From contig CM082592.2 of the NCBI GenBank assembly GCA_040954595.2, forward strand, positions 7,737,677 through 7,801,676: 64,000 bases of DNA. The letters are read 5' to 3'. The position numbers and the translations under genes are program-made. Positions 47,034-64,000 of the stretch are shown piece after piece (within the stretch, counting starts at the first letter, position 1; each line of letters opens with the position of its first letter). The notes below the pieces were generated by a model that was not told the origin of the DNA, made no database searches, and was given only the letters and a program-made list of their open reading frames with translations. The stretch comes from Balanoglossus misakiensis (Eukaryota > Animalia > Hemichordata).

Positions 47034-49125
47034 CTGTTCAGAGGCGAAAAATAATATGAATACAGAGGCCTTTCGGAGCGCGGAAGAGAACTACTGGCAT
47101 GTGTTCTATGATTGGTCGATTTATCACACCTATACTGACACCCCATTATGTGTTAACTCACTGACTGTTGGACGCCGTTACATTGTTAGTTTTGGCCGAA
47201 GCATTGAGATTTAGACATGAGCTTCTATGTTGGTCGGATGTACAGGAGACAGGGAACAGCAAACACCCAGCATAGGTAAAAAGATGGAGTCTGTCTGTAC
47301 AGCCGATTTTGATCCGATTGCAAAACATCCTGCTCTACCTTGTTCCATAGTTTGGCAACCTCACAACTATAGATCCAAGTTGGTTCAATATATGCTCTGT
47401 CACCTCTGCGCCTTTTTGCTCCGCGGGTCGGGTATCATAGTACCTGTACATATGCACACACAAAAAGTAATCTTAACCACCCCTTTTAGAGATAATGGAC
47501 ACTTCCAACTGGGTGACTCAAAACGACCCAAGCATTATTCATAGGGGTGGGAATATGCCACATGAGGTAAAAATCATGGACCTGAAAACCACCAGACACT
47601 GTATCCTACCCCGTTTTGATAATGGTTGGGTCTAACATTAGAGTCTCCTTGGACTGCTCCATTATCTCAGAGGTGTTTGAGGACAAATAATCACCTGGAG
47701 CCATAATTATCTTCCTGTGATCGAACACAGATTGCACTCCTTTCTAGTTGCATTTTCGGAGGAAGCCTTCCTGCACACTGACGGTGAATAGACTCGTCGG
47801 GATATCTGGAGGACAATTTTGTTTCATTTTTAATTCTGTAACATATGATTCGGTAGTTAGGAGGTTTACCACAGAAATGACTTGATCAAAATTGCTATTA
47901 CTCACGGCGTTGTATCAGACATCATTTCCAGCAGCCCATCTATTAATTCCTCCTTTTGGCCTGTGGTGGCGCCATGAACGACTTCAGTAAACTTGTCTTT
48001 CCCCACTTCACATTTCTTCCACGGTCTACTGACTGGAGCATTGCAAAAGCCGTGCACACCTGAAATTGAATGTAACGTTAATTCAATATCGCATCTTGTT
48101 TATTTGTGAAACAAAAATTAGCACTGGATAGTGACAATGCACATTTCATATAGTACATGTATACATGTAACAATGAAATCAAGAACCAATGCACACTCAC
48201 AGGTACTACTCTACCAAAACATATTCCCTGAGCCTCTAATTTATATTTAACATTCTGCACCTACCAGGTGATAATAACTCTGGTCCCTGGTCAGTCTTGT
48301 TGCTATAGTAACCAATTACCGGTTCTGAATCTGGTCTGCAGATAGAGGGAATACCATCACAAAAAGAAGGTTCAACTATTTTTAGTCGAATGTCAACTTG
48401 TAAATTCTATTTTCATGTATAAGTATGTTTCTAGTCACACTGCACAGCGAAAGAAGGGATTATTACTCACCTTAAAATATCGAAAACTAGCAAATTAAAA
48501 CCATTATATAGATGCCCTTCTTTGGAAATTTCTTGTAAATAGGGAAGGCATTCATCCGTGCCACTCAGGAAGTTGGAGATCAGTGCACCTGTGAATTTAC
48601 CAGTTTTTTCTAAGATTATGGTAGTTCAATCCAAAAAACATGTGAAATCAACATATTGACAATAATAACATGTCACTAAGCCCCAGCCAAAAAATACTGG
48701 TAAAGTAATGTGGCAAAGATGTTTCTGAAATGTTGCTTACCTCTTCCCTTTGCATTTGGATCAACCTCTGGTTGTAAAATATTCAGCAGCGTTGCTAGGC
48801 GACCACACTTATTGATACCTAACCAGGTGCCACCCTCCCTCCCCTGCTGGAGGTCCACACCTTCAAGACAAAGAACAAAAAAAAATAAAGTTTTGATAAA
48901 AGTGGTTATGCATTCTATTCCCCATCTACTATACAACCCCTGTGCAGATTCTTCAACTAATCATTAAATAATTCTGCCCTTACCACTCATGATATCTGGA
49001 TTACTGGGCCACCAATCAGCTGGTTTGGTCGGACGGTCTAGGTATTCATCTCGATTTGAGCACAAGATCAACTTGAATCCATCGGGTGGAGGGTTGGGAT
49101 CAAACTTAAAAAACAATAAACACAT
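46874..49125 (-). CDS. TANGO2: Transport and Golgi organization protein 2 homolog (NRDE family), 289 aa, 7 coding exons
   Basis: Minus-strand exons 49125-48984, 48860-48741, 48588-48471, 48335-48265, 48059-47906, 47443-47339 and 47033-46874 total 870 nt in frame. Motifs: MCLLFF, NRDEYLDRPT, GGTWLGIN, GRGALISNFL, YNGFNL, PWKK, YGTRTHTMILID. Confidence 0.96.
47339..47443 (-). CDS. TANGO2: TANGO2 exon (...LGSIVVRLPNYGTR)
   Basis: Acceptor cag, donor gtagag. Confidence 0.88.
47906..48059 (-). CDS. TANGO2: TANGO2 exon (GVHGFCNAPVSRPWKK...)
   Basis: Acceptor cag, donor gtgagt. Confidence 0.92.
48265..48335 (-). CDS. TANGO2: TANGO2 exon (PDSEPVIGYYSN...)
   Basis: Acceptor cag, donor gtaggt; phase 2 to 1. 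Confidence 0.88.
48471..48588 (-). CDS. TANGO2: TANGO2 exon (GALISNFL...YNGFNLL)
   Basis: Acceptor cag, donor gtgagt. Confidence 0.92.
48741..48860 (-). CDS. TANGO2: TANGO2 exon (GVDLQQGREGGTWLG...)
   Basis: Acceptor aag, donor gtaagc. Confidence 0.93.
48984..49125 (-). CDS. TANGO2: TANGO2 first coding exon (MCLLFF...NRDE...)
   Basis: ATG at 49125; exon opens at 49157 after a cag acceptor; donor gtaagg. Confidence 0.94.
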
Positions 49126-49519
49126 AGTGTCTACAAGCCCAACCTCTGTACAGTCACCTGAAGAACACAAAGATAAAATGTTGTGTAAAGTCCAAATATT
49201 GACAAGTTCCTAAAATTTCATTTACACCTGCAGCAATGACCTAGCAATCTGTCCCACCCACAATTATGACAAACTGGCCTATTTTTACTGGTGGTTACTA
49301 TTGCGGGTCCCCCGAGCCCGATTGTTCATTGTAGTACAAGTTGTACCCCCCCCCCCCCCCCCTCGATTGAATTTGTTGGCCCTGCGGCCCTGTGTACAGG
49401 TCTGTGTGTTCCCGGCGCGCGCGCCATGGTTACACGTAATCATTCATTGCCTCGGTGATTGGCTAATGGGATATTGCTCCCCAAGCCACTATTCACTGAT
49501 CACAAGAACCCGATCTCAC

Positions 49520-49620
49520 CTGTTCAATACAATGGTGTCAGGATTCCGATCTTCACGTGAAACCCTGTGTAACCCGGCGTTGAATAACACCCTCTCGATC
49601 AGGAAGCACCGATTTCTCTT
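49520..49620 (-). other. TANGO2: Putative non-coding 5' UTR exon of TANGO2
   Basis: Minus-strand acceptor cgtttttcag at 49621 and donor CAG|gtgaga at 49519; no ATG inside. Confidence 0.55.
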
Positions 49621-49701
49621 CTGAAAAACGCCCTCTAATAACCCCTGTTTTGAGAACAAAAGTTTATAAATCTCGGACACTCGAGGCGCTCACAATCATA
49701 C

Positions 49702-49817
49702 CCAACAAGATGGCGTACTGCTGGCTGTAATATTCTGGTCGTGATGTCCCATATACGAATTTTGAACCTGTAGTTTCACTTCGTAGAGGTTGCTATCATA
49801 GATGTGTTGCCGGAATA
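49702..49817. promoter_or_regulatory. Putative bidirectional promoter and first exons of TANGO2 (-) and VPS37 (+)
   Basis: Minus-strand donor gtatga at 49701, plus-strand donor gtaagt at 49818, YY1-like CAAGATGGCG at 49706-49715. Confidence 0.5.
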
Positions 49818-50145
49818 GTAAGTTGCTGTCGTATTGTCCATTGTATGTTTTGGGTCTTGCTCTAACTGCCTGTACAGGCTGTCTTGTTGACGTTTTCATT
49901 GATCATTTGATGACTCAAATTCATGTGAGGGATTTCCTCATCTATGGAGATAGACCAGATTCTTACTGGTTTTCCACACGGTTAGTTTTGTATAGGCGTT
50001 TTATCGGGCAAAACAGTCTCTCGATGTGTTTGTAAATGTCGTCTACCCGCAGTTTCTAGTTCACCCATCCATGCTAAGTGGAGCACACACATCTAACCAA
50101 ATCAAACTGTGTATTTCTTGCAGTTGTCTGAAATAAACGTGCAAT

Positions 50146-50247
50146 ATGTCGCAGTTTCCATTTCTCTATGAAATGAATGTGGAACAGCTGCAGAATATAA
50201 TACAAAACGATTCCACGTTGAACGACTGGGTCAAACAAAATGATGAG
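50146..50247 (+). CDS. VPS37B: VPS37 first coding exon
   Basis: Exon opens at 50124 after cttgcag; ATG at 50146; donor gtaaga. Confidence 0.85.
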
Positions 50248-51678
50248 GTAAGATTCTGATAGGTACAGCTGCGTTACCACAGCTTTGTTTTCACCCATGT
50301 CCCTGTATGTGGGCATTGAACAAGATTTTTTAGTTGGCTGCTAGCTGTTTTCTGTGCCTCTCATCCGTGATTGGTGTTATTCGCTGTGCCCTATTCCCAG
50401 GTGAGGTCAGTGCAGCTTCAGAGGGAAACACTTCTTGCCACCAACAGAAGCCTGGCAGAACACAACCTGTCCAGGGAACCCCGGCTGAAGAGCAGCAAAT
50501 CGCGACTAGCGAGCGTGCACACTGAGGCTGCAAAACTGAGGCAAAAGTTTGACCAGGACAAGCAACATTTAGGTGAGTTTACACATGAAGACATGTACCA
50601 GAAGCACTAAATACTAGGAGGGATGTAGAAATAGTTTGTACTAGGCAGTCTGCTGACATGAGAAAACAGCCAGCTTTGGCACTCAGTATTTGTTTTTTTT
50701 ATGGCCGGTCACATGCTGAGTTCCGTTGGAAATTTTGAACGATAACCAGTTTATTATCTACATCACAGACATGGTGACATTCATCTGAAAATTTCATCAG
50801 AATTTTTCATCTTACTTTCTTGAATTTTGATGTTGATCTTTCTAAGGTTTCGACCTTTGCCAAAGCCACCACAGTGTAATTGAGTAACTTCTATTTGCAT
50901 GTTGACTTGCAGATGCTCTGGCAGCACAGAATTCCTTAGATACAATTCTTGTCATGTTACGATCGGCGGCCGGTAGCAGCGAAGATGATGCTGAGGTAAG
51001 CATCAGAAAGTACTAGATACCTTTCTATAGGGATAAACTGTGTTACCGCCATCTTGAAACTTTGCAGTGCATTATGGGTAAAATTAGTTCCGGTTGGGGG
51101 GGAGTAGCGTCTACAATCTATCCAATTTTCCAGCGGTTTTGTCAGATTTTCTTCAAGTTATGTTAGTAGTAGTAGTTACATGAAGAAAATCTGACTAAAT
51201 CGCTGGAAAATGGATAGGTTGTAGACGCTACTCCCCCCCAACCGGAACTAATTTTACCCACAATGCACTGCAAATTTTCAAGATGGCGATAACACAGTTT
51301 ATCCCTATACTTAACACTTTTTCCTGTCCCTTTCAAACTTGACGCCGTGTTGAAATGCTTAACTCTTCCCTGATCTTGCAGAGGATCGCGGATCATTTCC
51401 TGGAGGGTGAACTGTCGACGGACATCTTCCTGGAGCAGTACATAGCCACGCGGAAAGAGGCGCACATACGCCGGATCAGCGCCGAAAAGATGGCGGAGAT
51501 TCGCGACAAGCGACAGAGCCAACAGCACGTGCACCAGCCCTCGGCGCAGACGTACACGCCCTACGTACCCGGTGGTGCTGCTGGCACTCAGCCCGGTGCT
51601 GGCACTGGTACAGGAGGTGGCGTGCCGTACCCAACTGGGGGCTACACGCCCATGCCGTCGCCGTTTTCGTACCGATAG
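50146..51678 (+). CDS. VPS37B: Vacuolar protein sorting 37B/C-like ESCRT-I subunit, 217 aa, 4 coding exons
   Basis: Exons 50146-50247, 50401-50572, 50913-50995 and 51382-51678 total 654 nt in frame. Mod(r) domain motifs LLATNRSLAEHNLSREPRL and IADHFLEGELSTDIFLEQYIATRKEAHIRRI; Pro/Tyr/Gly-rich tail; no UEV domain, so not VPS37A. An in-frame TAA lies just upstream of the ATG. B versus C orthology cannot be resolved. Confidence 0.92.
50401..50572 (+). CDS. VPS37B: VPS37 coding exon 2
   Basis: Acceptor tcccag, donor gtgagt. Confidence 0.93.
50913..50995 (+). CDS. VPS37B: VPS37 coding exon 3
   Basis: Acceptor ttgcag, donor gtaagc. Confidence 0.9.
51026..51309. mobile_element. Palindromic (foldback) MITE with ~130-bp inverted arms and TATA ends
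   Basis: 51026-51155 is the near-perfect reverse complement of 51181-51309 (TATAGGGATAAACTGTGTTA... / ...TAACACAGTTTATCCCTATA), with a 25-nt spacer. Confidence 0.9.
51382..51678 (+). CDS. VPS37B: VPS37 last coding exon
   Basis: Acceptor ttgcag, stop TAG. Confidence 0.93.
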   Translation, partial: RIADHFLEGELSTDIFLEQYIATRKEAHIRRISAEKMAEIRDKRQSQQHVHQPSAQTYTPYVPGGAAGTQPGAGTGTGGGVPYPTGGYTPMPSPFSYR

Positions 51679-52432
51679 TTCGTGCCATGTAGTCCTGGAT
51701 TGAGTGAATCCAGGCTAAAGAAGATTGCACATGCACATTCATTGAGGCTCAGTCATAAACAAATTACAGTTTGTTTGTCTGGTAGTTTGTTGCTAGTTTC
51801 ACTCACATTGATCTTGATTCAGCTGTTGTTTACTTAGCATCAATTTTAGACCACTGTTATAGTGTCTCTTCACGTGGGGGGTGGGGGTGGGGTGCTTGAA
51901 TCAGCACCTCCCATCCCACTCACATACACATGCATGCCCCCCCCCCCCCCACACACAGAAAAATTTGTACTTCTATGTGAAACAACTTCACAGTTAAGAA
52001 AAAAAAAATAGATATTAACTATACAATGAATGTGAATAGGATTAAGACTAGTGTGTAAATAAATTATAATGGGTATTTTTTAATACGATAACTTATATAG
52101 TATTATTCATCCCCATATATGAAAGTGTGGTACTTTGAATTCTGGGTTTCACCCATATAAATTCAGTGGACCACTGTGCAAACATACCCATGTGCTTAAA
52201 TTAACATGGAAATATGCATATTGCTATGTGAACATATCTCCACATGTTTGGTTCCTGTAAAACATCATGCATTGATAAAAAATCTCCAAAGGGTCACTGG
52301 CTGCTGTAGGCCCAGGTTTATGTAAAATTTATTTTCTAACTTGAATATATGTGCACTTTTGTACAAGACTGAATATGTAACTACATCACATGAATTTTCA
52401 CTTCTTTTGATTTTTTTGCAGTATTTTGCTTA

Positions 52433-52438
52433 AATAAA
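52433..52438 (+). terminator. Candidate VPS37 polyadenylation signal
   Basis: AATAAA at the end of the AT-rich 3' UTR. Confidence 0.45.
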
Positions 52439-54149
52439 TGGGTACATGTTAATAGCAAATTTTAAGTGTCTGTCATATAGTGATAGTAAATTTGTGAACA
52501 GCGCCACTTGTGTCAAAATGCACGGTGACATTTGTTTTACAGAATTGCGAGGGTTGTCGCCAGTGTCCGAGTTGGAGACATTATTCTAAAAAAAAATAAT
52601 AAAACTGTCTGCAGCACCAGGAAATGGTTCATCTCTACACAGAAGAGGATTTTATCACTGTTTGAAGTTTTAAAAGTAAAACAAAAGATGTACTCTTTAG
52701 TGGTGCTCTTCGTGAAGTGAATGCATCTTCTTGGGATTTTGTATTAAGATGTGATATAAGTTTTAGAGTTGTGAATTGACAAGGCTAAATGACCATGAAG
52801 GAATTATACTTTTCAGATGCGAAAAAGAGGCGAAATTCGTTATGAACTGCAATATTTAGCGCAAAGTGAATGTGGGAGATCAAGGGCGCCCTCTTTGGTA
52901 CAACCACCTGTTATTCCTGGAATTCTTACACTGACTACAGAGATGTATATTTGAATCGGAGAAAAGTGCTAGTTGTTACCCACTCTAGTAACTTGGTATT
53001 GTGAAATGCAGTCAACTGATTTCATACTATTCAGGGTAAAGATAGCTCAACGACTTTTATGCTTCCCGCCGTGTAAAAGCTGATTAACAATTTTAATTGG
53101 GACGCAGTTAGTCACCAAATTGATCTCTCCCTGAAAGCTGTTCGTCCACTTTGTAATTTGAAGACCCTTTTCATAAATTCATATCGTTAATCCGAATAAG
53201 TTCAGTAATGTCAGTAATTGCATCAAAGGAGAATTAATTTTAATTGGAGATGTAGGCTTGATTACTTTAATGTATCTAAAATCGATTCATATTCTTCTTC
53301 GAACACGTACGGAATACTAGTATACAGACGAAATATTAGCCTATACTCATTTATAATGAATAATCTTGAAAATGAGTTCTGGCCAATATTCAACAAAAGG
53401 GGGCTTATAAAAGTCACGTGATAATCTATGGTCTGATACAATAGGGGGATTGGTGGTTCAGATAATCCGATGTGTACAATAAAGATAATGGAAAACGTTG
53501 CTTGAAAACAATAAACGGTGCATACGAGAGATGGGAGAACAAAATGAGCTGGTTGACGTATCACAGACCCTGGAGCGAAACCCCAGGGTCCATTGTCGTA
53601 CGAACTTCTTAATTTTCATGTTTAAATCATCAACAATGAGTTGTGTCTAGTTACCACGGAAATCGACATAAATTTTCTTCTGTCGAATAGTAATGCGTTT
53701 ACTACAAAAGGGTAACCGAGTTGTCTTTTTCGTATGTCCATGGTCAAATGTCAGTGCAGAATTAATAATGATATTAATGGCAAATCAAAGTTGACTTTTA
53801 AAAATACTTTATAATCATGATAATATCACAGGTGCGGTGTTTTTAAGTTCTGTCATAATTTCTGTCACGTGGATGTACTTTACATCTCGGTCCCTGTGTT
53901 TACACATGGCCAAGTGCAAATGGAGAACTATAACTTTAACGAATTGGTTTACTGTTTGCTGGTGTTTAAAAAATCGTGCGTGAATGCATTTCCTTAATTG
54001 CACGTGTCGCATCGTTTTACGCCATGGGAGAAAAATGTTAGTCGACGTGTTGATAAACACCGCCAAATGATGATTAGGCTAAAGGTATACGTGGCGATTT
54101 TTTCTTGCTCGGAATCAACACTGCAGCCATCTCTGCGGTGTCCAGGGGT

Positions 54150-54495
54150 TACAGTGACGTCAATTCGGTTACCTGGATACAAATTTAAAGGCTGTTGACT
54201 TTATGACAATAAAGCTGGCTATTGTTAGGGTAAGAACGTTGTTCTCTTGTCTTTTTCAGCCTTGCAATGGTGAATCTCTGTTGAGCTAGCCGGTACGAGA
54301 ATCTTAGGCTAAAAATAGCTGGAAATTAGCATATTGTGGAATTCTCCGCATTGACGTCAGAGGAGGAGATGTAAACTGCGCGGCGATTGGGCGATAACCG
54401 GTCTTTTGTTCACATGGGCAATGTCGACCAATAGCGTTGCTCCACATTCATTTGGACCGCGTGGTATGCGCAGTGGGTCATCTGGATATAGTCCC
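54150..54495 (+). promoter_or_regulatory. SERCA proximal promoter with CRE x2, X-box, MEF2, inverted CCAAT, ERSE and TATA-like element
   Basis: TGACGTCA at 54155-54162 and 54352-54359; GTTACCTGGATAC at 54168-54180; CTAAAAATAG at 54309-54318; ATTGG near 54386; CCAAT-N9-CCACA at 54428-54446; GATATAG at 54485. Confidence 0.7.
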
Positions 54496-54752
54496 CCATT
54501 CTATCACGGGGAAACTGGCTGTCAGGGTTGGTCGTATAGCTTGAATTTGCACCCCGATTTTGTCCTACTTCCTAGCAACAAGACCGAAAGGTGACAACAA
54601 TATTGGAGCTTAGGACCTGAAGCACCAGGCGACGTGGATATACCAGGTGTGAGGGGAATCTTAGGACGGCAGCGGCCGGGGAAAGCCACCATTCCCCGTA
54701 CTTTTTTTTTGATTTGTAGGTTTCTGCCTATCTAGGCTGTATAGACTCTACA

Positions 54753-62261
<7,509 letters not shown>

Positions 62262-64000
62262 TAGAGTCGCGTAGTGTTTCCCAGTAACCCCGCATGCGAT
62301 TGCAATTTACAGCTGCGAAAGGAGCAATCTCCAGAAGCCGTCGTCAAAAATAAAGCTGCCCAAACGAGGTCTGAAGTGAGAGCTGTCGTGAATGCAGAGG
62401 TCAAAGGGCATCCCGGTTTACGCAAATGCAAATGCGTTTATATACACGACCCCCGCCCACCATTCTCTCCTATGGGTTCAAAAGATCAAACCCAGTGAAG
62501 AAATATTTATATGAAAATGCTGGTTAGGTTGGAATATGGAGATTAAATATTCACACAAGCCCATTTTCGCATCACTGTAAATGATTATCTCGACATGTAG
62601 CTTTTTTGCATGTTATATGTAAGTGTACATGCATTTATGGCAGGGACCCAGGTTGAATATCACATTAACGTAAACAGTTGCATTTTAGTCAGATGTTTTC
62701 AAGTGTATGTAACACCTGTCCGCCCTTTTATGCTGGCTTACAATTGTATTTGTATTTCTGAATAAGGTTCCATTTCTTCCAAGGTCTGAATGAACTTGAC
62801 GAAACCATTGACACTCACCAAATTATTCATTATACTTGTACATGTGCTCATTATTATAAATTACTGCCCACATGTGACTTCCTGTTTCCAATTAACATTT
62901 GAACATTTGGCATATCATTAGCATAATAAGGACTAAATTAATTAATTAATTCCTGTAATTAATTACTAATGTCTAAGAATGGTCATTGTGGAGATTTTGA
63001 GTATAGTCACTCATGCAATCTCGCAGAATGGTATACTTGGAATTTATTGAGTTTTACTGGCGGTTTGCCCAGTGCTAATCTTGTTTGTGGTTGCCATGGC
63101 CGACTTCAGATATCACCTAACCTTTCTGTTTTACAGTTCTTGAACAATTCCAATGATGCAACCATTGAGTCTGTTCAGTAGTGGGGGAGAAACAGATACC
63201 AGATTTTGCTTTAAGGTTTCCAGAGACTAACTCTATTGTCCAATTAGGGGGTCATTGTTCCTACTTCCAGTGGAGTTTGAAAAGCTCTGTGGCGATGGGG
63301 TATGATAACTGGTTGTTATACGTGTCCTGGTTTGTGGTTTATTAAAAGACTGTACTGTTGCTGGTGTGTAAAAAAACACAACTAAGAAGATCGGATTTTG
63401 ATCAAGTAACATGTTTTATTTGCAAATGTGTATTAATAACCGTGGTCTGCCAGTCATGTGGTAACACGTTGTGCGTGTTACAAGAACGTGCCAAACATGT
63501 TGCACATAACATCCTGGCTGGCTTAAACATTACCAGACTGTCAATCATTGGAAAACTGCTCCCAGTTTTCCTGTACATGTATCGCAACAGGATAATTGAC
63601 CATCTTTACGGCCCTGATGTGGGTTTTCTGGATTCAAACAAGGCGTATTAGGGCCTGACCTTTTGGAGAGCCCGTGTGTCATATGACCGACCGAGATCTG
63701 CAAAAAACTGGTATCCAAGCTGTAAAGGTTCGATTATTATCTCACGAACACTAAAATGTTGTAAAATAACAGCTTACAAAGTTTTGCAGATAACAGTGCA
63801 TGTAACACTGAAAATTTATTGCCCTCTGGTTTGCCAAGTCAGAAAATCAAAGGCCGCAACCAATTGTGGGTTGCTAAGTATAATATTTGTTTGTTAGAGA
63901 AGATTAGCATTGCTAATAAATAAATGACAAATATAGATACAGATTGATTAGACAGTAAATCTCACCATTGTAGCAAATTTGACAGTTGTAGAAATAGGCC

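Overview
This is a eukaryotic, intron-rich, AT-rich animal genomic window. Gene content, exon structure and repeat style suggest an invertebrate deuterostome, possibly a hemichordate; that assignment is inference. Five spliced protein-coding genes were reconstructed by hand, all with consistent GT-AG sites and reading phases: the 3' nine exons of AACS (+, 71-2558); a complete 9-exon TMEM132 family gene (+, 14130-44843, about 1102 aa, with 9.4, 5.0 and 11.8 kb introns); a complete TANGO2 (-, 49125-46874, 289 aa); a complete VPS37B/C-type ESCRT-I subunit (+, 50146-51678, 217 aa), head-to-head with TANGO2; and the first four coding exons of a SERCA Ca2+-ATPase (+, from 54753). Non-coding content includes a 284-bp palindromic MITE filling a VPS37 intron, three copies of a ~90-bp TTAA-type MITE, a 387-bp hAT-like element and a (GC)/(CA) microsatellite. 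The main observations are: an ER-stress element (CCAAT-N9-CCACA) with MEF2 and CRE sites in the SERCA promoter; CTCF-like motifs just beyond poly(A) signals; AACS-TMEM132 microsynteny as in vertebrates; two chained uORFs before TMEM132; and a very compact bidirectional promoter. Most ORFs in the supplied track are intronic noise or antisense shadows. I see no prokaryote-type system and cannot claim a wholly new biological system; the findings are regulatory and evolutionary hypotheses.
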